This document shows positions 25,915 to 34,990 of a stretch of DNA of 37,315 nt, piece after piece. This DNA is from a virus. Taxonomy: Duplodnaviria; Caudoviricetes. Position 1 is the first letter of the stretch; every line of letters begins with the position of its first letter. Made by a program: the position numbers and the translations under genes. The DNA lies in IMG/VR virus record IMGVR_UViG_3300034945_000003, positions 1 through 37,315 of that record. One strand, given 5' to 3'. Below the pieces are notes generated by a model. It worked only from the letters and a program-made list of their open reading frames with translations, had not been told where the DNA came from and ran no database searches.

Positions 25915-25943
25915 TTGGAGATTTAAGGCTCCATTGCTATAAT
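25915..25943 (+). promoter_or_regulatory. sigma70-type promoter of the sRNA
   Basis: TTGGAG-17 nt-TATAAT with extended TG. Confidence 0.75.
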
Positions 25944-25949
25944 TAATCC

Positions 25950-26052
25950 CGGTAGTATGTGATTTGTCATCCTTACTATCTGCTGTTATTCTCGGCTAGT
26001 AATAGCCAAAAAATAACTCTGAAGAACATCCCGAAAGGGGTGTTTTTCTTTT
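25950..26052 (+). ncRNA. putative trans-acting antisense sRNA (~100 nt)
   Basis: No ORF; own promoter; three hairpins (two with GNRA loops); seeds complementary to six start-codon regions. Confidence 0.75.
26021..26052 (+). terminator. intrinsic terminator of the sRNA
   Basis: GAAGAACATCCC-GAAA-GGGGTGTTTTTC then TTTT. Confidence 0.85.
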
Positions 26053-26058
26053 GTCTAA

Positions 26059-26106
26059 GTTACGCACAGTTATACACTTTACTTTCTCTAAAGTAAAATG
26101 TATAAT
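26059..26106 (+). promoter_or_regulatory. GTTACGCACA-box promoter, copy 2
   Basis: GTTACGCACA-GTTATACAC-TTTACT-17 nt-TATAAT. Confidence 0.8.
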
Positions 26107-26142
26107 AGAGAAGTTAGTAAGAGTAACAGCAAAATATTATTT

Positions 26143-26304
26143 ATGACAAACAGGTATCAAACATGCAAGAAGTGTCTACCACACTGGGGAGAATTAGGAG
26201 CTTGTAAAAGCCACAGTGGAGTATGGGACTTAGATCATGTTAACGTCGTAAGATGGATACAAATAGGATTATTCATTTTATGGAAAAAAGTATGGCCAAG
26301 ATAA
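26143..26304 (+). CDS. 53-aa hypothetical Cys/His protein
   Basis: ATG 26143 preferred because ATG 26098 lies inside the promoter. Confidence 0.55.
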   Translation: MTNRYQTCKKCLPHWGELGACKSHSGVWDLDHVNVVRWIQIGLFILWKKVWPR

Positions 26305-26528
26305 AAGAAGAAAAGTTTTATACTCCAAAAGAGATCACAGAGCTTGGTATCATGACAGCTTCATCTCCTGATACTAAACGTCAGATGCTTTTGAGGTTTA
26401 TTCGTGAGGGTAGAATTCAAGCAGTTAATTTAGGTGGAGATAAGAAGCCTCGTTATGTTGTTCAAGGTAAGCATCTAATGGAGTATATGAATACTCAGAT
26501 GAAGCCGGGAGAATATACGAAGAAGTAA
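26292..26528 (+). CDS. excisionase/HTH_17-like DNA-binding protein
   Basis: FYTPKEI..LRFIREGRIQAVNLG..PRYVV. Confidence 0.7.
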   Translation: MAKIKEEKFYTPKEITELGIMTASSPDTKRQMLLRFIREGRIQAVNLGGDKKPRYVVQGKHLMEYMNTQMKPGEYTKK

Positions 26529-26561
26529 TTTACAAAGTGAGTTAAAAATAACAGCAAACAA

Positions 26562-27212
26562 ATGACAAACATTTTAGAAGCTCAGAAAGAGCTAAAGCCA
26601 CTAGAGACTGAGATCGTATCTTTCAAAGAGAAAGTTGAAGCTCTTAGTATTACAAGTGATGAAGAATACAACGAAGCAATGAAGCTTGCAGGAATCATCA
26701 AGAGCAAAGAGGATGAGACTGAGAAGATGCGAAAGTTCTTCACAGCTCCACTCAACAAGCAAGTAGATGATATTAATGCTATGTTCATGCCTAAGGTAAA
26801 AGAGGCTAAAGAAATTGTCTCTATCATCAAGAGTAAGATGGCTTCATACAATGAAAAGAAAGAAGCTGATGCTAGGGCAGAACAGAAGCGCTTAGATGAC
26901 ATCCGGGCAAAGGCTGATCTCAAGCGACAAGAGCAAGGGAAAGAAGCTATCGCTACTCCTGTTCGAGAAGTTGCTCCAGTTGCTAAGACTGTAGTAAGTG
27001 ATGGTATCCAGTCTACAGTTAAGAAAGTGTGGACTCATGAGATCCTAAGCATCAATGAGCTTCCTGATGATGTAAAGAAAGCTATCTTTGCAGAAGCTTT
27101 TAATAAGGGAATCATTAAGACAGTTGTTCAGAAATTTGTGAACGCAGGTATTCGTGAAATGACAGGTGTGAAGATTTATCAAGAGAGTCAAATAGCTCTC
27201 AAGAGGGGGTAG
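26562..27212 (+). CDS. coiled-coil hypothetical protein of the recombination module
   Basis: Long helical region, KKVWTHEI..GVKIYQE C-terminus; precedes RecT. Confidence 0.7.
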   Translation: MTNILEAQKELKPLETEIVSFKEKVEALSITSDEEYNEAMKLAGIIKSKEDETEKMRKFFTAPLNKQVDDINAMFMPKVKEAKEIVSIIKSKMASYNEKKEADARAEQKRLDDIRAKADLKRQEQGKEAIATPVREVAPVAKTVVSDGIQSTVKKVWTHEILSINELPDDVKKAIFAEAFNKGIIKTVVQKFVNAGIREMTGVKIYQESQIALKRG

Positions 27213-27258
27213 TTACGCACAGGTATACATTTTACTTTTCAGTAAAAAAAGATATACT
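27212..27258 (+). promoter_or_regulatory. GTTACGCACA-box promoter, copy 3
   Basis: GTTACGCACA-GGTATACAT-TTTACT-16 nt-TATACT. Confidence 0.75.
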
Positions 27259-27290
27259 TAAGATATTACTAAATAACAGCAATTTGGTTT

Positions 27291-28136
27291 ATGACAAATA
27301 ATAAACAAACGTTAAAAGAGCAGATTATAGGTTTGCTCAAGAAAGAAAATAAAGAGCATGTAGAAGCTTTTGCTTCATACTGTTTGAGGCTTGCTACTGA
27401 GAAAGTTCGAGGAAAAGAAGAATTAAAAAATCCTTGGATGAGTACCAAGACTCCTGATGTCTTAGCTAAGTTGTTTCAGAGAGTTAAAGCTGAGGGATTA
27501 GTTTTTGATGGAAAGCATGTAACACTTCTTAATCGTGGTATCAGTTACGACTACCAAGCATATAAAAATAAAATGCTTCTAGTCTATCCTGAAAGTAAGA
27601 TAGATGTGGATGTGGTTAAAGAGGGGGATACTGTAAATTTTGATAAGGTGGATGGAGATATTACATACCGCCATATTATTAAAGATGCTTTTCAGAATCC
27701 TACTTTTGAGAATATCAAAGGTGCTTACTGTGTTATTCGTAACTCTCGTGGTGCTTTCTTAACAACTCTTTCAAAAGAGGAAATTCAGAAGCATAGAGCT
27801 ATCGCTCAAACAGATCAGATGTGGAAAGCTTGGTTTAAGGAAATGGTACTCAAGACTGTTCTTAAGAAAGGTTACAAGTATCACTTTGATGATCTAGCTG
27901 TAACAATGAATGAAGATGACAATCAGCATGTTGATCTAGAGAGAGTCATAGCCGATGACGAAGATCAAGAACGTTTTGAAGAAGAGAAGAAAAGAGTGCT
28001 TGATGTTATTAAGACTTATTCTGATCTAAAAAAGTTGAGAGAGTACTTTAAGACTCTTCCGGCTGAGTTCTCTAAAGATGAAGATGTAATCGAAGCTTTT
28101 AAGGCTCACGCAGAAGTATGCAAGAATACGAAATAA
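27291..28136 (+). CDS. recT: RecT-family single-strand annealing protein
   Basis: VVKEGD, IKGAYCVI, LSKEEIQKHR, WKAWFKEMVLKTVLK. Confidence 0.8.
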   Translation: MTNNKQTLKEQIIGLLKKENKEHVEAFASYCLRLATEKVRGKEELKNPWMSTKTPDVLAKLFQRVKAEGLVFDGKHVTLLNRGISYDYQAYKNKMLLVYPESKIDVDVVKEGDTVNFDKVDGDITYRHIIKDAFQNPTFENIKGAYCVIRNSRGAFLTTLSKEEIQKHRAIAQTDQMWKAWFKEMVLKTVLKKGYKYHFDDLAVTMNEDDNQHVDLERVIADDEDQERFEEEKKRVLDVIKTYSDLKKLREYFKTLPAEFSKDEDVIEAFKAHAEVCKNTK

Positions 28137-28741
28137 TCGAAGGAGAGCAAAAGACTGATGAGTGGTTGAAGCTTAGAACAGAGGTAGACATCACAGGCTC
28201 TATTGCTAAGAAAGTTAAAGTAGCTACAAATGATTTTCTGTATCAGTTGCTCGCTTACAAGAGATCAGATGAAGAGCCTAAGGAAGCTTTTGGCGAGGAT
28301 ATAGAAAGAGGTAATGAGCTAGAGCCTATTGCAAGAGAAGAGTATGAGAAGCAAACAAAAGAGAAAGTCAGACAAGTTGCTTTCATAAAAAATGGTCGCT
28401 ATGGTCTATCTCCTGATGGTTTAGTAATGAAGAAAGATAAGATTAAGAAGCTGATAGAGATTAAAGCTCCAAGGCCAAAGAATCACATTCGTTACATTCT
28501 TGAAAACAAAATACCAAAAGAGCACATAGATCAGATCATCCATATCTTTCTTGTGTGTACTGATGTGGATGAAGTGGACTTTGTTTCTTACTGTCCTCAG
28601 TTCAAGATTAAGAAGCTTCACATTATCAATATCAAGAGACAAACATTAATCGTAGACATCTCTACAACTCGTATCCAATACGAAAACTTTACTAAAAAAC
28701 TTGACGAAGCAGATTCAAAAATCGTCTCACTAATTATCTAA
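28118..28741 (+). CDS. YqaJ/lambda-type exonuclease
   Basis: EQKTDEWLKLR, RGNELEPIAR, SPDGL, IEIKAP. Confidence 0.9.
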   Translation: MQEYEIIEGEQKTDEWLKLRTEVDITGSIAKKVKVATNDFLYQLLAYKRSDEEPKEAFGEDIERGNELEPIAREEYEKQTKEKVRQVAFIKNGRYGLSPDGLVMKKDKIKKLIEIKAPRPKNHIRYILENKIPKEHIDQIIHIFLVCTDVDEVDFVSYCPQFKIKKLHIINIKRQTLIVDISTTRIQYENFTKKLDEADSKIVSLII

Positions 28742-28745
28742 TTCT

Positions 28746-29186
28746 ATGTACGTAAACAAAGTAACAATTCTCGGTAACTTAACAAGAGATCCTGAAGTGA
28801 AATCACTTCCTAATGGAAATAAAGTAGCTTCATTTTCTGTAGCCACTAATGAGGTCTATAAAGATGCTCAAGGACAGAAGAAAGAGAAAGTAGAATTCCA
28901 CAATGTCATCTTCTTTGGAAAGACTGCTGAGAATATCGGTATGTACATGAAGAAAGGATCTCAAGTCTATATTGAGGGAAAGTTACAGACTCGCTCATGG
29001 GATGATAAAACAACTGGAGAAAAGAAGTATCGCACAGAGATACTAGGCTCTACTATTCAATTTGGTAGTAAGCCTCAAGGCTCTGCTTCTGCTCCAACAG
29101 AAGCAAAGCCGGATGTTGTTACAGGTGGTGCTGATCTAGACACAATAGATTTTGGAGATGTAAACGTAGATGATATTCCATTCTAG
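28746..29186 (+). CDS. ssb: single-stranded DNA-binding protein
   Basis: NKVTILGNLTRDPE, VYIEGKLQTRSW, C-terminal DDIPF. Confidence 0.97.
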   Translation: MYVNKVTILGNLTRDPEVKSLPNGNKVASFSVATNEVYKDAQGQKKEKVEFHNVIFFGKTAENIGMYMKKGSQVYIEGKLQTRSWDDKTTGEKKYRTEILGSTIQFGSKPQGSASAPTEAKPDVVTGGADLDTIDFGDVNVDDIPF

Positions 29187-29188
29187 TC

Positions 29189-29629
29189 ATGAAGATAAAT
29201 AAACTTATTTATGTAGTGCATGACATCTTAGCCGAAGATGAGGAAGCAAGGAATAGTGATGCTAGATTAATATGTTTAGTATGGCTGAATCTTCACGCAG
29301 GACACATTCACTCAGTAGAGGTAAAAGGAGAGCCACGTCCTAAGCAATGTGTAACTCTGAAAGATATTGTAAGTGTTCTAGAGAGTCCTGAGACTATTCG
29401 AAGAACAAGACAAAAGATTCAGAATGATTTAGGGTTGTACCCTCCTACTCTTCTCAAAGTAATCAAAGGCAGACGATTCAAAGAAGAAGAGATCAGGGAA
29501 AGTGTCAGAAATAACTTTACCAAAGAACAGACTAAAGCAATTCTTGAAATCTACATGCTTGCAAAAAATAAGAGCAAGGTCGATGTAGGAAAGATTAAAA
29601 GAGAAGTGATATTAAAATACGGCCTATGA
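29189..29629 (+). CDS. hypothetical protein
   Basis: ARNSDARL..SPETIRRTRQKIQ pattern; packed ORF. Confidence 0.7.
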   Translation: MKINKLIYVVHDILAEDEEARNSDARLICLVWLNLHAGHIHSVEVKGEPRPKQCVTLKDIVSVLESPETIRRTRQKIQNDLGLYPPTLLKVIKGRRFKEEEIRESVRNNFTKEQTKAILEIYMLAKNKSKVDVGKIKREVILKYGL

Positions 29630-30219
29630 TATTAAAAGGACTTACTAAAAGCTTATTCTATCTAGATCGTGATACTGATGTGAATCAGTTAGCTAATGAA
29701 ATTCTTAGAGTAAAGAAAGCAGAGCTAGTAGTTTTTCTTGAGAGACAGCATAACAGGCTTCAAGAGAAAGATGCAGGAGAATACTTTACAGTCGAGGACA
29801 TTACAAAGCTGAAAGATGGAGAGCTTGAGAAGATGCAGAGATTTTTTAGGGGAGCAGTAGTACCTTACTATGCTAGACAGCAATATAATATCTGGTCAGA
29901 GTTTATTGATGATGAACATATTATCAAAGCAACTGAAGAGATAAAGAAGAGAGTGGGCTTTCTGAAATACGATCATACAGGTCATATCACTCAAGAGGTA
30001 AATTCAATGGCTACTTTTGAAAGGGTAAAGGATCTAAATGAATTTCTAAATATGATCCAAGTAGTGTGCTTTGATGATGAGGGTCATATCTTCCCAGACT
30101 CTGAATACTTTAAGAAATTAGAGAAAGAGAAAGGGAGACAGGCTACTCAAAGACAGTGTTACCTTGAGCTTCACGAAAAGGTGAAGAACAAACATTTTAA
30201 TCGAGAAATAATAACTTAA
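29626..30219 (+). CDS. hypothetical protein, possibly NinB/Orf-like
   Basis: QRFFRGAVVP and LNEFLNMI..IFPD loosely resemble NinB. Confidence 0.5.
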   Translation: MILKGLTKSLFYLDRDTDVNQLANEILRVKKAELVVFLERQHNRLQEKDAGEYFTVEDITKLKDGELEKMQRFFRGAVVPYYARQQYNIWSEFIDDEHIIKATEEIKKRVGFLKYDHTGHITQEVNSMATFERVKDLNEFLNMIQVVCFDDEGHIFPDSEYFKKLEKEKGRQATQRQCYLELHEKVKNKHFNREIIT

Positions 30220-30222
30220 TTT

Positions 30223-30795
30223 ATGACTACATCCAAAAAAACAAATGTGAAGAAAGCAGCTAAAAAAACACTCTCAAAAGAGTCAGTAAAGACTCTTGAG
30301 AAGATCGGTGTAGAAGTTCCTGAGCTTCTAAAGGAAGAGCTTATCCCGTCTGTTACAGCAAAGTTCAAGGTAAGTGAGATAGCTATGAAAGATGGTGGGC
30401 GATGGAAGATGAAGCTTGTAGTTTTTAATCGAATGAGAAGAAACGAGAATGATTACTCTGTTAGATTTGAATTTGATGATGAGCCATTCCTTAAGACTAT
30501 CAAGGCTCTTGAGAAAGATATTGCTGAAGTAGAAGCTAACCCTACCCTTCTCCAAAGTATTGATAATGAAAAAATCAATCGCCTTAATCGAAGAATTGAT
30601 GAGACTCAGAGAGAGATGCGCAAGAATAAGAAAGAGTGTCCTGATATTGAATTTATAGGACAAGTAGATCAAGTAAACTATGTAGGAGATACATCTTTCA
30701 TCTTCAGAATCCCTGATTCAGCTATTACTCTATTGAATCAGCAAAGATTCAGATTCCCTGAGTATCGTGTCGTATTAGAAGAGATCAATAATTAA
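30223..30795 (+). CDS. hypothetical protein with central coiled coil
   Basis: Packed ORF. Confidence 0.7.
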   Translation: MTTSKKTNVKKAAKKTLSKESVKTLEKIGVEVPELLKEELIPSVTAKFKVSEIAMKDGGRWKMKLVVFNRMRRNENDYSVRFEFDDEPFLKTIKALEKDIAEVEANPTLLQSIDNEKINRLNRRIDETQREMRKNKKECPDIEFIGQVDQVNYVGDTSFIFRIPDSAITLLNQQRFRFPEYRVVLEEINN

Positions 30796-30800
30796 TCTAT

Positions 30801-31055
30801 ATGAAGAAATTTCTTAAGCTATTTTTTAGGCCATCTATCGCAGGAAAGTTTGTAAGTCGTGGGAGAAAGGTAAAAGTGAGTATCAGTAATCTAGATAAGC
30901 AAGATTCTTTTACCTTGATGTTTATGATTCTAAAAGAAGTCGCTAAGTATCTAGGAATGGATCATAGAGAGCTGCTTAACAAGCTTAAGGATCTAGACAC
31001 TCAGATCAAGAAGAATGAAAAGACTGAGGTTAAGAAAGCAAAGTACGGGAAGTAG
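30801..31055 (+). CDS. hypothetical protein
   Basis: Packed ORF. Confidence 0.65.
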   Translation: MKKFLKLFFRPSIAGKFVSRGRKVKVSISNLDKQDSFTLMFMILKEVAKYLGMDHRELLNKLKDLDTQIKKNEKTEVKKAKYGK

Positions 31056-31056
31056 T

Positions 31057-32247
31057 ATGTATACACTAAGAAAATACCAGAAAGAAGCTGTAGCTAGTGC
31101 TCTAGAATTCTTTATGTCTAGTGCCTCATATCGCCCTATAGAGGTGCTTCCTACAGGAGCAGGTAAGTCTCTCATCATTGCTGATCTCGTAAGACACTTA
31201 CAAGATGATGTTTTGATTCTTCAGCCATCAAAGGAATTGCTAGAGCAGAACTTCAAGAAGTATCAGATGGCTTGTGAGATGTTCCCTGAGCTTACTAAGG
31301 CTACTATCTACTCTGCTTCAGTTGGGGTAAAAGAAAAGAGTCGTGTTACTTTTGCAATGATAGGAAGTATCTATAAGACTCCTGAAATGTTTTATGACAC
31401 ACAGTATGTTCTCATAGATGAATGTCACAAAGTACCTCCTAAGACTGACTCTATGTATGTTGAATTTCTTTCAAGTATTACTGCTAGAGTTCTAGGGCTT
31501 ACAGCTACTCCATTCAGGCTCAAGAAATATAATGATCCTTTCAGTGGACGTCCTTATTCTAAAATTAATCTTCTTACTAGAGAGATCCCTAAATTCTTTA
31601 ATAAGTTTATTCATGTTACGCAGATCAGAGACTTGTATGAAGAGGGCTTTCTCTGTCCTATAAATTATGTTCCTATGCACTTTGATGGCTCAGCGCTCCG
31701 GGTGAATACAACAGGAGCAGAATTTACTGACAGATCATTGAAAGAAGCTATTGAGAGAAACGACATCTTAAAAAAGATTCCTGCTATTCTCAAGCAAGCA
31801 TACGAGAAAGGACAGAGATCATCTCTAGTCTTTGTGAGCACTGTTGAAGAAGCTCGTGAGTTAGCTGCTATTACTCCATTCTCAGGTTACATCCATGCAC
31901 TCACTCCAAGCAAGGAAAGAGCAGAGACTATCAAAGCTTTCAAGGCTGGGAATATAAAGACTATCTTTAATGTGTCTGTGCTTACTACTGGGTTTGATTA
32001 TCCTGGACTAGATACTATCATTATGGCTCGTCCTACAATGTCTCTTACTCTTTACATGCAGATCATAGGAAGAGGAATGAGAACTGAAGAGGGAAAGACT
32101 AAGTGTACTTTCATTGATATGTGTGGTAACTTTGCACGCTTTGGAAAGCTCGAAGAGATGGAAATAATGGAAGATCCAAAACTTGGATGGGTGTTGAGAA
32201 ATGGAGAGAAGATATTAAGTGGTCGTAGACTCGATGAGCTTGTATAA
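31057..32247 (+). CDS. superfamily 2 DExH helicase (RadD/YejH-like)
   Basis: LRKYQ, PTGAGKS, DECH, GLTATP, LTTGFDYP, QIIGRGMR; ATG 31057 preferred. Confidence 0.95.
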   Translation: MYTLRKYQKEAVASALEFFMSSASYRPIEVLPTGAGKSLIIADLVRHLQDDVLILQPSKELLEQNFKKYQMACEMFPELTKATIYSASVGVKEKSRVTFAMIGSIYKTPEMFYDTQYVLIDECHKVPPKTDSMYVEFLSSITARVLGLTATPFRLKKYNDPFSGRPYSKINLLTREIPKFFNKFIHVTQIRDLYEEGFLCPINYVPMHFDGSALRVNTTGAEFTDRSLKEAIERNDILKKIPAILKQAYEKGQRSSLVFVSTVEEARELAAITPFSGYIHALTPSKERAETIKAFKAGNIKTIFNVSVLTTGFDYPGLDTIIMARPTMSLTLYMQIIGRGMRTEEGKTKCTFIDMCGNFARFGKLEEMEIMEDPKLGWVLRNGEKILSGRRLDELV

Positions 32248-32254
32248 TATAACT

Positions 32255-32494
32255 ATGGAATTTTTTATAGAAAAAGATACGCTAAAAGCTTTTGGAGAGA
32301 AGAATCCTCTTGAGAGTATTATAGCCAAGATCCTTGAGACTGGCTCTGAAGATTTTATAGCTTGCTTTCTATCCGGGTGTACTATGGACATCACGACTGA
32401 TAACAGTAAGATGACGATTAAGACTCGCTATCCTGTGTCAATTTTGAAGCATCCTAATGGGACAATACTAAGTATCATTGAGAAGAGGATATGA
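32255..32494 (+). CDS. hypothetical protein
   Basis: ATG 6 nt after TATAAT (32243). Confidence 0.6.
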   Translation: MEFFIEKDTLKAFGEKNPLESIIAKILETGSEDFIACFLSGCTMDITTDNSKMTIKTRYPVSILKHPNGTILSIIEKRI

Positions 32495-33033
32495 AAAGAA
32501 CAGGCTTTAAGAGACTCAGCTATGAGGAAGTAATTGCAAAGCAGAGAGAGCAAAGAGAGACAAGATTACTTGTTAGAAAAAGTAGATCCATAGAGCTTCA
32601 GCCTAAGGTCAGAGTACCTAAGACAAAAGAGCAGAGAGTAAAGTCTCTCAAAACTAAGCTTTGGGATATGTTCTCTCAGTACATCCGAAAGAGTTACGCT
32701 AACCAAGATGGAATGGTGATGACTTGTGACGGACAATTTAAGCACTGGAAAGAAACTCACTGTGGACACTTGTTTAATAACTCAGAGCGCTCTCAGTCTC
32801 TCGGTGGAAATATGCTTTGGTATGATGAAAGGAATTTTGCCCCTCAGTCAGCTAATGGAAATTGTTTTAATGCTAATGATTCAGCAAAGGTCTATATGAT
32901 GTGGGCTGTGAGTAAGTACGGCCTTGAGACTGTACAGCAAATGAAGCTGCTTAAAAACGAGCCTAGAAAGTTTACTGAAGAGGAATTAACAGCTAAGTAC
33001 TTATACTATAAGAATTTGTTTGCTACACTATAG
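32491..33033 (+). CDS. ninG: NinG/Rap-family endonuclease
   Basis: LWDMFSQYIR, HCGHL, WYDERNFAPQ. Confidence 0.75.
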   Translation: MKRTGFKRLSYEEVIAKQREQRETRLLVRKSRSIELQPKVRVPKTKEQRVKSLKTKLWDMFSQYIRKSYANQDGMVMTCDGQFKHWKETHCGHLFNNSERSQSLGGNMLWYDERNFAPQSANGNCFNANDSAKVYMMWAVSKYGLETVQQMKLLKNEPRKFTEEELTAKYLYYKNLFATL

Positions 33034-33037
33034 GGAT

Positions 33038-33577
33038 ATGACAACAACAGACACAAAGACTATTACAATTTCTAATCCGGCAGGACTTCCAACTATCCCC
33101 TGGAAGAAGCTAAAGGAGTGGGAGCCTAACACTCTTAAAGAAAAAAAGAATCGTGATGTCGGTGATCTAAAAGCCTCCATTCTCGCTATGGGCTTCACTA
33201 TCCCATTCTTTGTGTGGGAAAAGGGGAAATACATAGCTGATGGCGCAGGACGTCATCTAGCCCTAGAATTGCTCGAATACGAGGGATACGAGATCCCTGA
33301 TCTCCCTTATGTTCCTCTAGAAGCCAAAAACAGGGCAGAGGCTAAGCGCCTAGTACTTGCTATCAGCTCTCAATATGGTCTAGTTACTCCGGGAAGTATC
33401 GGAGAGTTTACTTTTGATCTTAAAGAAATAGACATCTCTTTCATCAATGTAGAGGGGTATAACCTAGAAGAGATAGACTGGACTCCACCAAAATCAAAAG
33501 AGATCGATATGGAAAGAATGAAAGGAGAGACTAAGATGGTCCACAAATGTCCTAAGTGTCAGTTTGAATTTAACTAA
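33038..33577 (+). CDS. ParB/Srx-like N-terminal domain protein with C-terminal CxxC
   Basis: LKASILAMGFTIP..IADGAGRHLAL; HKCPKCQFEF; the type usually found next to phage methyltransferases. Confidence 0.7.
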   Translation: MTTTDTKTITISNPAGLPTIPWKKLKEWEPNTLKEKKNRDVGDLKASILAMGFTIPFFVWEKGKYIADGAGRHLALELLEYEGYEIPDLPYVPLEAKNRAEAKRLVLAISSQYGLVTPGSIGEFTFDLKEIDISFINVEGYNLEEIDWTPPKSKEIDMERMKGETKMVHKCPKCQFEFN

Positions 33578-33579
33578 AT

Positions 33580-34617
33580 ATGAAAGCAATTTGGAGTAAG
33601 GCAGACTACCCGAAAGAAAAGAATGGATACAAAGTGTATTCATGCTTTGCTTGTGGTGGTGGCTCTACTATGGGTTATAAGCTTGCAGGCTTCGAAGTGA
33701 TAGGTGCTAATGATATAGATCCTGAGATGGCTAAAATATATCAGACGAATCATAACCCTAAGCACTATCACTTGATGGATATTCGATCTCTCGTAAAAGA
33801 AGAGAATCTACCAAAAGAAATGTTTGATCTAGATATTCTAGATGGATCTCCACCTTGTTCATCTTTCTCTATGTCCGGGAGTCGTGAAGAGAAGTGGGGA
33901 GAGAAAAAGAAATTCAGAGAGGGTCAAGCAGAGCAGACACTTGATGATCTCTTTTTTGATTTCATAGACTTAGCCAAGAGACTTCAGCCTAAGGTTGTGA
34001 TAGCCGAAAATGTGAAAGGCCTTATCTCAGGAAATGCTAAGAGATATGTAGTAGCTATAAATGAGGCTTTTGATGAAGCAGGATATGATGCTCAGCTTTT
34101 TCTTTTGAATGGGTCTAGTATGGGAGTACCACAAAGAAGAGAAAGAGTGTTTTTTATTGCACGTAGAAAGGATCTTAATCTTCCTAAGATGACTCTAGAC
34201 TTTACAGATAAGCCTGTATATTTTGGAGACATCAGAACTGATAAGGGGATTCAAGGGGCAATGAATCCTGAGACTAAGATGTACGAGATGTGGACTCATA
34301 GAAAAAAGAGTGATGCTAATTTCTCAAGCATAGCGAAGAGACTCTATAACAAAGCAAGTTACTTCAGTGAAACAATTTTACATGATGATAAGATTCCTCC
34401 TACTCTAGTAAGTGGCTCAGCTTACTATCTCTATGACAAAGCTTTTCAAGTAAGTAGTGCTGATCTAATTTCTATTCAGTCATTCCCTCAAGACTATGAT
34501 TTTATTAAGCCAAGCTACAACTTCATCAAGTATGTACTAGGGATGTCAGTACCACCTCTTATGACTATGGGAGTAGCTAAACAGGTAGAGCTACAATTAC
34601 TTTCTAAGTTGAAATAG
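33580..34617 (+). CDS. C5 cytosine DNA methyltransferase
   Basis: FACGGG, GSPPCSSFS, ENVKG, QRRERVF, GMSVPP. Confidence 0.95.
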   Translation: MKAIWSKADYPKEKNGYKVYSCFACGGGSTMGYKLAGFEVIGANDIDPEMAKIYQTNHNPKHYHLMDIRSLVKEENLPKEMFDLDILDGSPPCSSFSMSGSREEKWGEKKKFREGQAEQTLDDLFFDFIDLAKRLQPKVVIAENVKGLISGNAKRYVVAINEAFDEAGYDAQLFLLNGSSMGVPQRRERVFFIARRKDLNLPKMTLDFTDKPVYFGDIRTDKGIQGAMNPETKMYEMWTHRKKSDANFSSIAKRLYNKASYFSETILHDDKIPPTLVSGSAYYLYDKAFQVSSADLISIQSFPQDYDFIKPSYNFIKYVLGMSVPPLMTMGVAKQVELQLLSKLK

Positions 34618-34649
34618 TCTAAAAAAGACTTGCAATATATAGTCCAAAA

Positions 34650-34697
34650 GTTACGCACATATTTGCACTTTACTTTTATTTAGTATCCCGATAGTAT
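34650..34697 (+). promoter_or_regulatory. GTTACGCACA-box promoter, copy 4
   Basis: GTTACGCACA-TATTTGCAC-TTTACT-17 nt-TAGTAT. Confidence 0.75.
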
Positions 34698-34728
34698 ATA
34701 GATATTAGAAAAGTAACAGCAAAAACAA

Positions 34729-34989
34729 ATGACAACACAAACAATTAATTCAATAAGTTTCAAGAATGAGAAATGTGTAATCTTCCTTAACGAAGATAAG
34801 ACTTTCTCAGGAAGAGATATGACAGATCCTTGGAATGAGCCTCGTATGTACACAAAGAATACTCGTTCATTCAAGAGAGGTGTAGAAGCACTTAAGAAAG
34901 CTTTTGATGACAATACTACAATGTATCAAGTAGCAGGAATTCTTAATGACTGTGGACTTAATGCTCGTACATACTGCTCAGTAGATTAA
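34729..34989 (+). CDS. hypothetical protein
   Basis: First gene after the promoter, with the conserved leader. Confidence 0.75.
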   Translation: MTTQTINSISFKNEKCVIFLNEDKTFSGRDMTDPWNEPRMYTKNTRSFKRGVEALKKAFDDNTTMYQVAGILNDCGLNARTYCSVD

Positions 34990-34990
34990 T

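Noticed and set aside
26292-26528. Excisionase as evidence of an integrating lifestyle
   Set aside because: No integrase or att site seen; HTH_17-like proteins are often simple regulators
33038-33577. Plasmid partition ParB
   Set aside because: Lacks HTH and dimerisation domains and has no ParA neighbour; resembles the methyltransferase-associated ParB-N type
2237-34913. All minus-strand ORFs in the track
   Set aside because: They are shadows of well-supported + strand genes with no recognisable motifs
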